Positions 38,229 through 48,488 of a stretch of DNA of 64,000 nucleotides are shown piece by piece. Made by a program: the position numbers and the translations under genes. Where the stretch lies: IMG/VR virus record IMGVR_UViG_3300028591_000111; one strand, given 5' to 3'. A model generated the notes under the pieces. That model made no database searches, was not told the DNA's origin, and saw only the letters and a list, made by a program, of their open reading frames with translations. The DNA is from an uncultured virus (IMG/VR IMGVR_UViG_3300028591_000111) (taxonomy: Duplodnaviria; Heunggongvirae; Uroviricota; Caudoviricetes). The stretch's first letter is position 1. Each line of letters opens with the position of its first letter.

Positions 38229-38264
38229 TATTGGCAAGTTGTGCTATATATTTTTTTGTTTTAT

Positions 38265-38298
38265 AAAAAAAAAGCCGATCTTTTGGATCGGCCTTTTT
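38265..38298. terminator. intrinsic terminator (likely bidirectional)
   Basis: A-run GCCGATC/GATCGGC T-run. Confidence 0.8.
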
Positions 38299-38315
38299 GC
38301 TTGCATGGGATTTTT

Positions 38316-39428
38316 TTATTTACGAGTAATTCGGCGACGCAGGCTTTCCGAAAATTTTCTATCAGTAGTGCCAGCAAAGAAATCAATAGGTTCATCTATC
38401 TCTATATTGCCTTTTTTTGCATTAGTCGCAACGAAATGTAATTTTGGTGAAAACCTACTACCACTAAATACCTTAACAACATAAACAGGGGATGATCTGT
38501 TAGAGTACTTTCTTGTTACGAAAGATTTAGCCATTGATATTCCTGTTTCTATACTGTCAACATATTCTTCAGAACTATACGTATCACTTGATTTTTCTAT
38601 CCAAAACAAATCTCTTAAAGATTCTTTTTTAGCGCGGGCGCGGCGGCTTTCAATTACGCGGCGTAGATTACGGCGACGACGGACTGATTCAAATTCTTCA
38701 TTATCAAATTCCATATCTTCGATTTCTCTACGCTTATCCTCTGCATCGGATAGCTTTTCAGAAATCTCATCTATTAAATCAGATATTTCAATGCTTGCAT
38801 CAGAAATCACATCATCTGCTTCGCGAGATACTGATTCTATATAAGAATCTAACTCACTAATAATAGCTTCCTTCATTGTGTTAAGAATAGCAGATTCTTC
38901 ACTGTCAAATTCATCAAAATCGATCCATTCATCATCTGGCAATTCGATCTCTAGTTCTTCAACCCTACCTTTCTCACTCATTGCCACATTAATTTCATAA
39001 TTCCCATCACTATTTTTCCAGTCTTTCAATGATCTTAAATCATCTTTTAATGAATTGATATATTCATCCATTTCATCCAAAGCTTGTTCTTTTTCTGCTT
39101 CTGATTTAATAGACTCAACATCAATGTCTGGTTCTTGAGTATTTTCCAAAAATGAATTTGGAAAATCCAAAACAGAAACTTGTTCTGGATAAACAACATG
39201 CATAATTAAACTGTCGCCTTCGATTCTGTCGAAAGCAGCAAAACCTTCATAACCAATTTCGCTACCATAACGATCTGTCAATGTGAAATACATCTGATCA
39301 GAACCATTCATTTCACCATAGTGTTCTGAATTAAGCTGGTCAAGTGCAGCTTCCAATGCTTCTTCCCATCGTGCGGAATATTCAGCAGCGACTTTTGATT
39401 CTTTTATATTTTTTCGTCTTTTTATCAT
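38316..39428 (-). CDS. acidic putative head-internal protein
   Basis: Repeated xxES + Arg-rich motifs resembling prohead-protease sites; TATCTA at 39476-39481. Confidence 0.6.
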   Translation of the reverse strand: MIKRRKNIKESKVAAEYSARWEEALEAALDQLNSEHYGEMNGSDQMYFTLTDRYGSEIGYEGFAAFDRIEGDSLIMHVVYPEQVSVLDFPNSFLENTQEPDIDVESIKSEAEKEQALDEMDEYINSLKDDLRSLKDWKNSDGNYEINVAMSEKGRVEELEIELPDDEWIDFDEFDSEESAILNTMKEAIISELDSYIESVSREADDVISDASIEISDLIDEISEKLSDAEDKRREIEDMEFDNEEFESVRRRRNLRRVIESRRARAKKESLRDLFWIEKSSDTYSSEEYVDSIETGISMAKSFVTRKYSNRSSPVYVVKVFSGSRFSPKLHFVATNAKKGNIEIDEPIDFFAGTTDRKFSESLRRRITRK

Positions 39429-39488
39429 ATTGAACTCCTTTTATGATTGGATGAAGAACTCACATTCTTATTTTATAGATATAGTACT

Positions 39489-39872
39489 TTATATTTTTTT
39501 TACATGCGATCTAACGAAAGCTAACAAGTTTTCATAACCATTATTTGGAGATTCAGCTATATCTATAAAAATTTTAGTAAGCTCGTTATTTGTAGCTTCT
39601 AAAAACAAACCATTAACATCTAAATATAATAACATAACAGCTAGTCCAGTTCTTTTATTTCCATCAATAAAACCATGATTGACTGCTAATCCAAAACCAA
39701 GTCTTGCTGCTTTTTCTTCTGGTGTCGGATAAAATTCTTTATCTCCAAAACCTTGAAAGGAAGCATAATATGCACTTTCTATAAGGTTTTGATCTCTAAT
39801 CCCATCCTCGCCACCAAATTCTTCAATTGAACGTTTATGACATTCATAAATATTTTGTAATGAAATTTTCAT
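39489..39872 (-). CDS. doc: Doc-type Fic-domain toxin (death-on-curing family)
   Basis: FGG..GIRD.NL.SA; HGFIDGNKRTG (HxFxDGNKR). Confidence 0.9.
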   Translation of the reverse strand: MKISLQNIYECHKRSIEEFGGEDGIRDQNLIESAYYASFQGFGDKEFYPTPEEKAARLGFGLAVNHGFIDGNKRTGLAVMLLYLDVNGLFLEATNNELTKIFIDIAESPNNGYENLLAFVRSHVKKI

Positions 39873-40744
39873 TCTGACAACCTCCGAAAAGTAGAATTGT
39901 ATTTAACAAAATATTTATTCAATATAGAATCTACTTCTGAATTTTTAACATAATGTTCTTCTGATTCTTTAAAAAATGCGTTTTCTTTTTTACTTTTAGC
40001 AAGCGTAGATGTTTCATAATAATGAGAACCGAACACAGGCAGCGCCCCAGAAGCATTTTCTGAACGCATACCAGACAGGGTATGTCTCGGCTCATCAACG
40101 AAAGTGCAGACATATTTCAGCTTTTCAAATTTGAATCCACCGACGCCATCGCCGCGTTTAACTTTCAGCTTATCGATCGTCTTTGACAATGATGAGAAAT
40201 AGGTGTCTGTGATTGACGCCAAATCCATTTTGTCGAATTTCATGTCAATGTCACCTAAATCGCCATAGCGCTCATTGGTTATGACATAATAAGCATTGCC
40301 ATCTGAATGCGGCGGCGAAATTAAAACTGAATCCTGCTCGTATTTTATGCCTAAATCAATGATAATGTCTTTTAGCTTGTCAAAGTCATCAAATGGCTTT
40401 TTTGTTTTGATGTCGAAGTTCGGCACTAACAATGATTCTTCCATAATGGTAAGCAGTCGTTTTTCATCGTTATCGGGGATTACTTCTGCATCATCCCAGT
40501 TCACATTGTCTTTGTCGATAACCTCTCTATAACCGCCTGTGACACGAATAAAACCTAGATCGTTTGCTTTCAAATCAGCAGCAAGTTTTTTGTTGCGAGC
40601 GCGGTTCTCAGCCATCGTAAATTCAGACCGAAAAGCTGTCAGGATGCAGAATCCTTTGTCGAAGTGGTAATTAACCAATTTGTCGTAACTGGTTTCATTT
40701 AAACGAATATAGCCTTTTGGCGCTTTAAGTTTTGGTACTAACAT
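39869..40744 (-). CDS. conserved T4-like-phage protein (LTAFR...N..RN..L...QDSVL) with C-terminal antitoxin-like helix
   Basis: Motif recognition; ATGA overlap with doc; CTATCTA at 40786-40792. Confidence 0.65.
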   Translation of the reverse strand: MLVPKLKAPKGYIRLNETSYDKLVNYHFDKGFCILTAFRSEFTMAENRARNKKLAADLKANDLGFIRVTGGYREVIDKDNVNWDDAEVIPDNDEKRLLTIMEESLLVPNFDIKTKKPFDDFDKLKDIIIDLGIKYEQDSVLISPPHSDGNAYYVITNERYGDLGDIDMKFDKMDLASITDTYFSSLSKTIDKLKVKRGDGVGGFKFEKLKYVCTFVDEPRHTLSGMRSENASGALPVFGSHYYETSTLAKSKKENAFFKESEEHYVKNSEVDSILNKYFVKYNSTFRRLSE

Positions 40745-40833
40745 GATTGACTCCTTTATTGTAAAAGCAGATATGCTTGTTTGTTTAGATAGCTCGCCAC
40801 ACCATAAAAGGTGTGGCTGGTGTCTGGCAATGC

Positions 40834-41292
40834 TTATTCAGAAAAAGCATACCACGGGATGCCTTTTGTGCATTTTACAGTGCGATGATTGCTTTCATCA
40901 CTAAGTCTGACAAACACAATCGTAAAATCGCTTGGGACGCGGCCACGTTTAAAATGTCGCTGACAGATATACTTGATTGCAGACCATTCTGAAAATCCGT
41001 GTATTCTGCTTAAATGCTCAACGATTCTACCTGATTTGTTGTCAACGAGCCAGACTGTGCTGTAATCAGTCTCGCTTGGATTCTCTTTGTCTGGATAGCC
41101 GTGTTCATATCCATCATACATAACACCTTCGACTTGCTGAAAGATATTCCAAGCCGTCCTTGTGATTGACGTTTGCAAAGAATCCATCGTGCATGGATGA
41201 ATGTATTCAGCGCCTTCTTCTGGCGTGCGAAATTTAACGAGTTCGCAAGCGAGTTTTTTTGTGGCTTTATTCTGTTCGTGTGCGTTCATCAT
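40834..41292 (-). CDS. hypothetical protein
   Basis: Start moved to MMNAH after GGAGG SD. Confidence 0.68.
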   Translation of the reverse strand: MMNAHEQNKATKKLACELVKFRTPEEGAEYIHPCTMDSLQTSITRTAWNIFQQVEGVMYDGYEHGYPDKENPSETDYSTVWLVDNKSGRIVEHLSRIHGFSEWSAIKYICQRHFKRGRVPSDFTIVFVRLSDESNHRTVKCTKGIPWYAFSE

Positions 41293-41338
41293 GTCGTTTC
41301 CCTCCGCGATAGACTTTGACATCAAAGCCTGTTTGATT

Positions 41339-41414
41339 GCTGGCAGCGACCTTGCCGTCAGCTTATGACATGGCTTTAGCACATTATTGATTGTGTGTCA
41401 ATAAAAAATTGACA
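41339..41414 (-). promoter_or_regulatory. TTGACA promoter with TGTCAA-N7-TTGACA palindrome (41396-41414) and GCTG/CAGC leader hairpin
   Basis: Read directly. Confidence 0.62.
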
Positions 41415-41435
41415 TTGGTGTTTTTTTTGCTGGCT

Positions 41436-41468
41436 AAAAAAAGAGCGCGACTTCTGCCACGCTCTTTT
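41436..41468 (-). terminator. intrinsic terminator ending cassette 1
   Basis: AAAAGAGCG/CGCTCTTTT stem + T-run. Confidence 0.75.
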
Positions 41469-41484
41469 GCTCATCGTGATGTAG

Positions 41485-42642
41485 TTAAAACAATGGTACT
41501 GTGTTTGTCGAGTCCCAACCGATACACCATCCTCCGCCAAGATAAATAAATTCGCTGTTTTGGCCTAATAGCTGTCCGTAGGTATAATATGAATTCACAC
41601 CGCGAAACAAGTCTGTATCAATAAAACCTTTGAAACCATCGTTTTGCACAATACCATATGTGTTTTGGTCTGATGCTTCAACTAACATATAACAAGGCGT
41701 CCAGCGGCCACCTGGTGCTGTAACTATTGGTGATACTTTATTACCAACAATTTCTTCATCAAAACCGAGAGGCGTCCTATAAGTATAATTACTACCGCCT
41801 AAAAACCCAAAACGGACTTCACCAGTGCTTGTAAAAACTTGATTCGGACATGGAACTCCATATTTTGGCCAGTAGTTACTATAACCAATACCAGCATTTA
41901 CACCATAACGTGGTTCTAACACAGGGTCACTATCTTCATTCTGAATGCTATTATGAAGATAAAAAGAACCAAAAGTAATATTATCAGAAGAATGCGCAGT
42001 TTCTTTAAATATTTCACCAGCTACAATTCCCCTAAGTCTTGCACCATTAACCCATTTAGAATTTCTTATTAAAATAGCTATTTGTGCGTTTTTTAAAATA
42101 GCATAAAACGTATATAACGAAGAAGATTCATTTTTGGATATAAAACAATCAGCACTGTTTATTCCGCTTAGATTACAAAAAGGCATCCACCTTAAAAAAT
42201 TGCCGACTTCATTCCAAACCAAACCATAAGTTGAATCTGTAACAAAGTTTCCATCCTTAACCATTCCAAAGTACAAACAAGATGCAAAACTGCCTCGCTG
42301 AATACAATCAGATGAACCAGACGGACAAGTATCACTTACTTTCATTCTTGCAACACTATCAGAATAATCATTTACATTATAACCAATTCCAATTTTATAA
42401 GTATGTGAGTTATTTTCTAATGTTAAAACTTTTAATAAATTTGGATAAGAAGTATTATTATTTGATGGCATTGTTATAAAAGAAGTAGCATTAGGCGTCA
42501 ACGTATCATATTGCCATCCAACATTAGCACTGATTATAGCATCACAAAAGCCATTTAAAACGAACTTTATACGGTCAACTAAAGAATCCTTTCTGCCACC
42601 TTGCCACGAAAAGCTTACACATTTATATCCACCTACTGCCAT
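41485..42642 (-). CDS. ~400-aa paralog family, subtype A (putative tail/receptor-binding protein)
   Basis: GGYK..FSWQGGR; RWTPCY; DGFKGFIDTDL.R; GWD. Confidence 0.6.
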   Translation of the reverse strand: MAVGGYKCVSFSWQGGRKDSLVDRIKFVLNGFCDAIISANVGWQYDTLTPNATSFITMPSNNNTSYPNLLKVLTLENNSHTYKIGIGYNVNDYSDSVARMKVSDTCPSGSSDCIQRGSFASCLYFGMVKDGNFVTDSTYGLVWNEVGNFLRWMPFCNLSGINSADCFISKNESSSLYTFYAILKNAQIAILIRNSKWVNGARLRGIVAGEIFKETAHSSDNITFGSFYLHNSIQNEDSDPVLEPRYGVNAGIGYSNYWPKYGVPCPNQVFTSTGEVRFGFLGGSNYTYRTPLGFDEEIVGNKVSPIVTAPGGRWTPCYMLVEASDQNTYGIVQNDGFKGFIDTDLFRGVNSYYTYGQLLGQNSEFIYLGGGWCIGWDSTNTVPLF

Positions 42643-42684
42643 AGTCGTTATTCCTTATGTAATAATCTTTTTCACTGTGTTAAA

Positions 42685-43935
42685 TCAATATAGAGTCTCT
42701 GTATTTGTTGAATCCCAACCGACAGCAAAACCACCGCCTAAATAAAGAAAATCACCACCACCAAGAGCTTGCCCCCTTTCGTATGTATAACTAACACCAC
42801 GAAGTAAATCTGTGTCAATAAACCCTTTGAACGAATCACCTTCAACGACACCATAGGTGTCTTGATCTAAGCAATAATAGAAAACATAACAAGGAGTCCA
42901 TCGACCACCTGGTGACAAACTCGTTGAACTCACATTCGGTGACACCTGTATCGAATCATATTGTAACTGAACTCTCATATTTACAGACGATCTATATTGA
43001 ACTGTAAGACCTGACAAATTTGTTCCTGATGCTGTAAATATTTGCGAACAAGTTGAATTCATATAATTATAGTAATTAGAACTATAATAATAATTATTAT
43101 AAAATAGAATACCCTTAACAAAATAATCTGTATAATTTCTTGCAGTATTCATTAATGTATTCAAAAGATAATTTGAGTCTTGGGTACTTTCAATGTTTGC
43201 TTCTGGTGCATTACAAAATGAATTTAAATAAATACATCCAAAAGTGTTGTTGTCCGTTGAGTGTGCTGTCTCTTTAAATATCTCGCCTGCTAAAAATCCT
43301 TTTAAGCTGATTTCGTTAATCCATTTTGAACTCTTAGCAAATATTCCGATTTGAGCATCTTTAATCAACGCACTATAAGAATACAAATAATTACCGTTTT
43401 CTCTAACAAAACCAATCAAATTAGTATTGCCAGCATAGCCACAAAAATGCATCCACTTTAAGAATTGTCCACCAGAAGGAATATATCCATAAGTTGCATC
43501 TGTCACAAAAGTACCATCTTTAACGATACCTATATAAAGACTATTAGAAAAACTATAAAAATAAGAATTAGCATTTGTGCTAGTAGATGATGCATTAGTG
43601 TTATAAACTACATTAACACAGTCTTCATCTCTAAAAGTTCCAACGCTTGTAGATGTATTATAAACTAGCCCAACGCACATTATATAAGTATGTGTATTAT
43701 ATTCTAATTTAAGAAAATAAGCTATGTTAGGTTGAGCTGCGACATGCCCACCCATCTCTTTGTAATCATTGATCGTTGCATTTGGATTTAAAGTTGAATC
43801 CCATCCCCATCCTAAATTTGCATCAACAATTGCTTTACAAAATCCATAAAGAACATATTTACACCGATTTAATGCAGAATCAGTTCTACCACCCTGCCAT
43901 GAGAATTTTACTAATTTATATCCACCTGTTGACAT
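42685..43935 (-). CDS. ~400-aa paralog family, subtype A
   Basis: Same motifs as 41485. Confidence 0.6.
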   Translation of the reverse strand: MSTGGYKLVKFSWQGGRTDSALNRCKYVLYGFCKAIVDANLGWGWDSTLNPNATINDYKEMGGHVAAQPNIAYFLKLEYNTHTYIMCVGLVYNTSTSVGTFRDEDCVNVVYNTNASSTSTNANSYFYSFSNSLYIGIVKDGTFVTDATYGYIPSGGQFLKWMHFCGYAGNTNLIGFVRENGNYLYSYSALIKDAQIGIFAKSSKWINEISLKGFLAGEIFKETAHSTDNNTFGCIYLNSFCNAPEANIESTQDSNYLLNTLMNTARNYTDYFVKGILFYNNYYYSSNYYNYMNSTCSQIFTASGTNLSGLTVQYRSSVNMRVQLQYDSIQVSPNVSSTSLSPGGRWTPCYVFYYCLDQDTYGVVEGDSFKGFIDTDLLRGVSYTYERGQALGGGDFLYLGGGFAVGWDSTNTETLY

Positions 43936-43954
43936 AAAACAAACTCCTTACATA

Positions 43955-45175
43955 TTATATATCAGTATATTCTTCCCACGATGAATCAAGCGTGATATCT
44001 GGGTTCGACTGATCCCACCCAACATAGTATTGCTGATAACCGCTGTAATCCTTACAGGCAAGCAAGTAGTTCCCGTTTGCGTAAGTTCCACATGCCTTTA
44101 AATTTGAGTATCCGTTTGTAATATTACCTGCTATTAAATCTATATCAATGTTCCCTTTTGAAGTAATTCCATCACTGTTTAGCAGTGGAGCAGTTGTGCG
44201 CATCTCTCCGTCTGGGAGTTCATGTGTGACAAGCCTCAATGCGGAATACGGTATGTTCTCGCTTATTCCGTAAACATACGAAGCTAGTGTCAATGTTGAT
44301 AGGTAGAGTGAAGAAGGTTTATTTTCTAACGCATACAGCTCGCCATTAGAATTAAGCGTCTGCTGGCTTTTTGTAATATGCCATGTGTTTTTCTTAAGAT
44401 AAACGCATTCGTTGCTTTCTGTCGTTTGCATACTCAAAGATACGTGAAAAATGTTATAATTATCTGATTGTGAGCTTAAAGTCATCGCATCAAAACCAAT
44501 TACGCCTATAAAAAATTGCCCAGTAGCAATGTAATTATTATCAGGATAGTTCTGTGTCGCAAATGTAATAATATTGCTGCCTTTAACGGCATATCCGAAC
44601 AAATCATAATATCCATCGCGTGGATATGAAATCCATTTGCCGTTATCAGCACTAGTTGAAATGTGAGAAGTTGTGTTTAAATAAAAAGTTGATATTGGGA
44701 TCAGCGGTAAAGCTCCCGTTGGATAACTTGGAACACCTCCGCTATCTGATTTAATAAAGAAATCGGCATCTAAAGGGTAAACAGACGCACAGTGGAACAT
44801 TGTTCGGTATGTCCACAAATAGCGATTTGTTGAGCTGCCTTCGTAGTAACCAACTCCTCTAGCCCCGTTATGGAATATATTATCGGTTATTTCAGGGCAT
44901 GTTATTATGCAGAAATATTTATTCTCATTACCGTACTGAAAATATGAAGCGAAATCATTACTCACACCTATTATGTTATAAATGACTCCAGTGTTTCCTT
45001 CAAAGTCATGAACTCCTTCATTTTTACAGAAATGCCAATTCGCACCTGCCTTTGAACACGCTTCAGTGAATGCCTTTAGACGTGTTTTGTGAATAAGCAA
45101 TGATAAATCAATGTTGCTCATCCCGCTTGCCTTTGTGCATTTATATCCAGCGAATTTGTAACCACCTAAAGACAT
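43955..45175 (-). CDS. ~400-aa paralog family, subtype B
   Basis: GGYKF.GYK; H..R.KAF; YVGWD.SNPDI...SW.E shared with 57024. Confidence 0.6.
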   Translation of the reverse strand: MSLGGYKFAGYKCTKASGMSNIDLSLLIHKTRLKAFTEACSKAGANWHFCKNEGVHDFEGNTGVIYNIIGVSNDFASYFQYGNENKYFCIITCPEITDNIFHNGARGVGYYEGSSTNRYLWTYRTMFHCASVYPLDADFFIKSDSGGVPSYPTGALPLIPISTFYLNTTSHISTSADNGKWISYPRDGYYDLFGYAVKGSNIITFATQNYPDNNYIATGQFFIGVIGFDAMTLSSQSDNYNIFHVSLSMQTTESNECVYLKKNTWHITKSQQTLNSNGELYALENKPSSLYLSTLTLASYVYGISENIPYSALRLVTHELPDGEMRTTAPLLNSDGITSKGNIDIDLIAGNITNGYSNLKACGTYANGNYLLACKDYSGYQQYYVGWDQSNPDITLDSSWEEYTDI

Positions 45176-45203
45176 TGTTTATATCCTTATCTTTATATAA
45201 GAT

Positions 45204-47099
45204 TTAATTGTTATTGTCATCCCAGACACAATGTATATTGAAATAAACAGGTGCATCCCAATCATTAGCATAATAATATGCCAAATCATGGTTATCCGTT
45301 GTATTACCAAGCCAGCTAAAAACTCCGTTCTCATAACTCCAAAGTGATTGAGGTAGTTTAAATGCTTCGCCATCAACATTACCAACGGAATCTGTTTGCA
45401 AGAAAAATCTAGCTGGATATTGACTCATTATTGCGGTTTCGATTGTTGACGATACGGTTGTTCCTTTCATTAGTATGAAATAATCACCATATTCTAACGA
45501 AGTTCCATTTACATAACCTTCTGTAAGAGTGAATCTTAGAGCAGATCCTGTTGTTCGTCCACGAGTAAGAGCATAACCTTGCATTTTAGGTGTTGATCCA
45601 GAAGATATACTTGTTCCTTTAAACACCTCAATACATGGCCATGTTGTAGGTGGATAGTTTTGTAGAATAGAATCAGTAAGTGTTTCGTTATAATCACCAT
45701 CAAAAACAAGAATTATTCCGTTTGAAATTGATGCATATTTTGCAAACGCATATCCAACATTCGCTGTTATAGATTTAACACGATATCCAGTTGGAATGTT
45801 TACTGTATCACCATAACTTGCATTTACAGTAATATCATTATGTACAACGCAATAGTTTTCATCACTGTTTTGTGAAGATATTATATTACCATTTGTACTG
45901 TTTATAACGACATAATCAATATGTGGAACTGGCGGTACTGGCGGAATTTCTTCTGGGAAGAATCCTCCGCCATTCCAACCAGAATCATCAAACAATGATC
46001 TGTTTACAAGATCATGTCTATCAATTAAATCACCATCTGTTGCTTGTAATTCATCTAACACAAACAAACTTCGACTGATATAATTTCTATCAATCAAATC
46101 ACCGTTAAGAACAGACGCATCCAATGCAAACAAAGATCTGCTTACAAGATCGTCTCGTTCAATTAAATCACCACCGCCATCGACATCTTCAAATGTCACA
46201 TAACTTGATTCATCCGCGAATGTACCTGAATAAGCAGGTATGAGTGGCTTAACGATTTGACCATCAGAAATAAAGAACTCGCCGTAAGTTGACGTTATAC
46301 AGCCATAAGCCGTCTCGTCAACATCATAACTTACTGGCAATGGTAATGTGTGTTCTATCTCAAATCCAAAGAAATAATAGCCTTTTTGATGATACTGCGA
46401 CAGTTGGTTTATTGTGTATTGAGAACGATAAACCTGCCCGAAAGTGTAATATTGGTCAAACTGCCTACGGCGATAAAAGGTTATGTCACCTTCAAAGTCT
46501 TTATGAAGATCTACAACATCACCAGCTTTGACATGAATTGTTGCATCTACTTTTTTTTCGCCTAAATAAATTTCATCACCACCAGTAACAAGTGCAGGCG
46601 GCGGCGTTCTCATTAAACCAATTCGATAGCCAGCAGGAACTTGCTGGCTAATCAAATAGTCTTGATCTAAGTCAATGTTGTTTTCTGTTATTAAATAAAT
46701 CAGACCATCTTTTGTTGTGTCGATTGCCTGATTCGGCACGTCTGCATTATGATATATTTCAAATACATTCTTTTCTTTATTCTTTAGCGAACCACCAAAT
46801 TTTAATAATTTATCAATATCTGATAGCTCGCCGCGAACGTGCAACAAAGAAAACCACTCAGACAAAACGAGTTTGTCTAATTTATTTACATCATAAGTAG
46901 AAAGACCGTTCAAAAAGAAATTCTGATATGCAAGAAAATAATTGTCATCCATGCTCTCGAAAGACATATTCGACAATACATCTAACGATTCCATGCTACA
47001 ACAGAATATTATTTCATCAACCAATTCAAGGTATGCTTTGAGAAAATCATTTTCCCGTAAATAATCTGCTGTAAGATATTTAGTCAGTGTATATTGCAT
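45204..47099 (-). CDS. baseplate-associated adaptor-like protein, paralog of 60830..62968
   Basis: Start MQYTLTKYL aligns with MFDYSLTKYL; ~285-aa shared N-terminus; three GDLI.R...RSLF repeats. Confidence 0.65.
   Translation of the reverse strand: MQYTLTKYLTADYLRENDFLKAYLELVDEIIFCCSMESLDVLSNMSFESMDDNYFLAYQNFFLNGLSTYDVNKLDKLVLSEWFSLLHVRGELSDIDKLLKFGGSLKNKEKNVFEIYHNADVPNQAIDTTKDGLIYLITENNIDLDQDYLISQQVPAGYRIGLMRTPPPALVTGGDEIYLGEKKVDATIHVKAGDVVDLHKDFEGDITFYRRRQFDQYYTFGQVYRSQYTINQLSQYHQKGYYFFGFEIEHTLPLPVSYDVDETAYGCITSTYGEFFISDGQIVKPLIPAYSGTFADESSYVTFEDVDGGGDLIERDDLVSRSLFALDASVLNGDLIDRNYISRSLFVLDELQATDGDLIDRHDLVNRSLFDDSGWNGGGFFPEEIPPVPPVPHIDYVVINSTNGNIISSQNSDENYCVVHNDITVNASYGDTVNIPTGYRVKSITANVGYAFAKYASISNGIILVFDGDYNETLTDSILQNYPPTTWPCIEVFKGTSISSGSTPKMQGYALTRGRTTGSALRFTLTEGYVNGTSLEYGDYFILMKGTTVSSTIETAIMSQYPARFFLQTDSVGNVDGEAFKLPQSLWSYENGVFSWLGNTTDNHDLAYYYANDWDAPVYFNIHCVWDDNNN
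45989..46172 (-). repeat. 3 x ~23-aa coding repeat GDLI(E/D)R...RSLF
   Basis: Visible in protein and DNA. Confidence 0.85.
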
Positions 47100-47111
47100 A
47101 TCAGACCAAAC

Positions 47112-47250
47112 AAAACAATCATAAACAAAAAGTGAACTACCACGCACCTGAAGGTTGCGTGGCTTCTCGTGCAAGTTCATCACACACTGAAACAAGTTCA
47201 GCAGTTTGATGAACAGTAAGCGAGCTATCCCCTGCGTTCCGACGGTTCAA
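47112..47250 (-). ncRNA. putative omega/reRNA of TnpB 2 (guide = TTTTTGTTTATGATTGTTTT)
   Basis: Scaffold motifs shared with element 1; boundaries approximate. Confidence 0.68.
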
Positions 47251-48360
47251 TATCCTTAGACCTTCTTGGTCTATATTTATTGAGGCATTCAAATCTCTGT
47301 CGTGGACTTCACCACAACACGGGCACGTCCATTCCCTGACTTTCAATGATTTAATGCCTCTTATGCTTTTATTCTGGAACCCACAGCCTGAACATATCTG
47401 TGTGGATGGATAGAATCTGTCTATCTTAACTATCGTTCTACCATACCATTCAGATTTATATTCAAGCATATTCATAAACATGCTAAATGAAGCGTCAGCA
47501 ACGGATTTAGCGATGCAGTGATTTGCTTCCATACCTTTAACAGATAAGTCTTCTAAGCTAATCACTTGGTTTTCGCGAATAAGCTTAGTTGACAGTTTTT
47601 GCAAGAAATCTTTTCTCTGATTCTTTATTTTCTGGTGACATCGTGCAACTTTGATTCTTAGCTTTTCGTGATTCTTAGAATCTTTAACAGTCTTAGCAAA
47701 AGCACGCTGTCGCTTTGCTAATTTCTGTTCTGCCTTTCTAAAGAATTTAGGTGTTTGAACGCGTTGTCCATCAGAGCAGACAATAAAGTCATGCAGACCT
47801 AGGTCTATTCCAATATGCTTGTCTGTTTCTGGCAGTTTCTCTGGTTCTTTAACCTCACATAGCACTGAGGCATAATATTCACCACTGCGTTCGTGTGAAA
47901 TAACGACGGATTTGATTTCACCTTCGTGCTGTCTATGCTCAATAATTTTAACATAACCAACTTTAGGCAGTTTTAGCCTGTTGCCATCAAAGAATATAGT
48001 GCATTTTGAGTCTTTTGATTTTGTTTTCTGGTTATTCGTTTTATAGCTTAATCTTGAGTGTTTTTTAGATTTGAACTGAGGAAAACCAAAGTGTTCAGGA
48101 TTTTTGAAGAAATTCCTATATGCCTGTTCCAAATTCAGTTGTGCATTGGCAAGCGCTAGGCTGTCAACACTTTTCAGGAATGCTTTGTCGGCTTTGAAAC
48201 ATGCTGGTGTGACATGAAGAGTCTGCTTTGTTGCTTCATAATGCTTCGTTTTGGCATCAAGCATGAGATTATAGACCAGTCTTGCACAACCGATATTCTG
48301 GTTAATCTTGGTTTTCTGTGCTTTAGTTGGATATAATCTGAATTTGAAAGCCTTTAGCAT
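47137..48360 (-). CDS. tnpB: RNA-guided endonuclease TnpB
   Basis: KAFKFRLYPT; GIDLG / LEDL / DRDLNAS; CSGC-CPCC. Confidence 0.95.
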   Translation of the reverse strand: MLKAFKFRLYPTKAQKTKINQNIGCARLVYNLMLDAKTKHYEATKQTLHVTPACFKADKAFLKSVDSLALANAQLNLEQAYRNFFKNPEHFGFPQFKSKKHSRLSYKTNNQKTKSKDSKCTIFFDGNRLKLPKVGYVKIIEHRQHEGEIKSVVISHERSGEYYASVLCEVKEPEKLPETDKHIGIDLGLHDFIVCSDGQRVQTPKFFRKAEQKLAKRQRAFAKTVKDSKNHEKLRIKVARCHQKIKNQRKDFLQKLSTKLIRENQVISLEDLSVKGMEANHCIAKSVADASFSMFMNMLEYKSEWYGRTIVKIDRFYPSTQICSGCGFQNKSIRGIKSLKVREWTCPCCGEVHDRDLNASINIDQEGLRILNRRNAGDSSLTVHQTAELVSVCDELAREATQPSGAW

Positions 48361-48398
48361 GATGACTGATTCCTGACACAGATTCGTTTTGTTTTGGT

Positions 48399-48453
48399 TG
48401 TGAGGCGAGGAGGTGGATCAAACCTACATTCATCCCATCGGACTAGCCTTACA
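48399..48453 (-). promoter_or_regulatory. structured 5' leader (three-way junction) of tnpB 2
   Basis: TGTAAGGC/GCCTCACA outer stem, TCC-GATG-GGA, AGGT-TTGATCC-ACCT. Confidence 0.6.
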
Positions 48454-48459
48454 TTATTA

Positions 48460-48488
48460 TAGATAGCAAATTTATTTTGACGTTTCAA
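48460..48488 (-). promoter_or_regulatory. promoter of tnpB 2: TTGAAA-N17-TATCTA
   Basis: Same motif and spacing to the leader as element 1. Confidence 0.6.

Noticed and set aside
47100..47195. 32-aa N-terminal extension of the 45204 ORF
   Set aside because: It runs through the tnpB right end; alignment with the paralog places the start at 47099.
13657..48360. Nuclease-dead TnpB (TldR-type repressors)
   Set aside because: Both proteins keep the RuvC D, E and D residues and have transposon ends.
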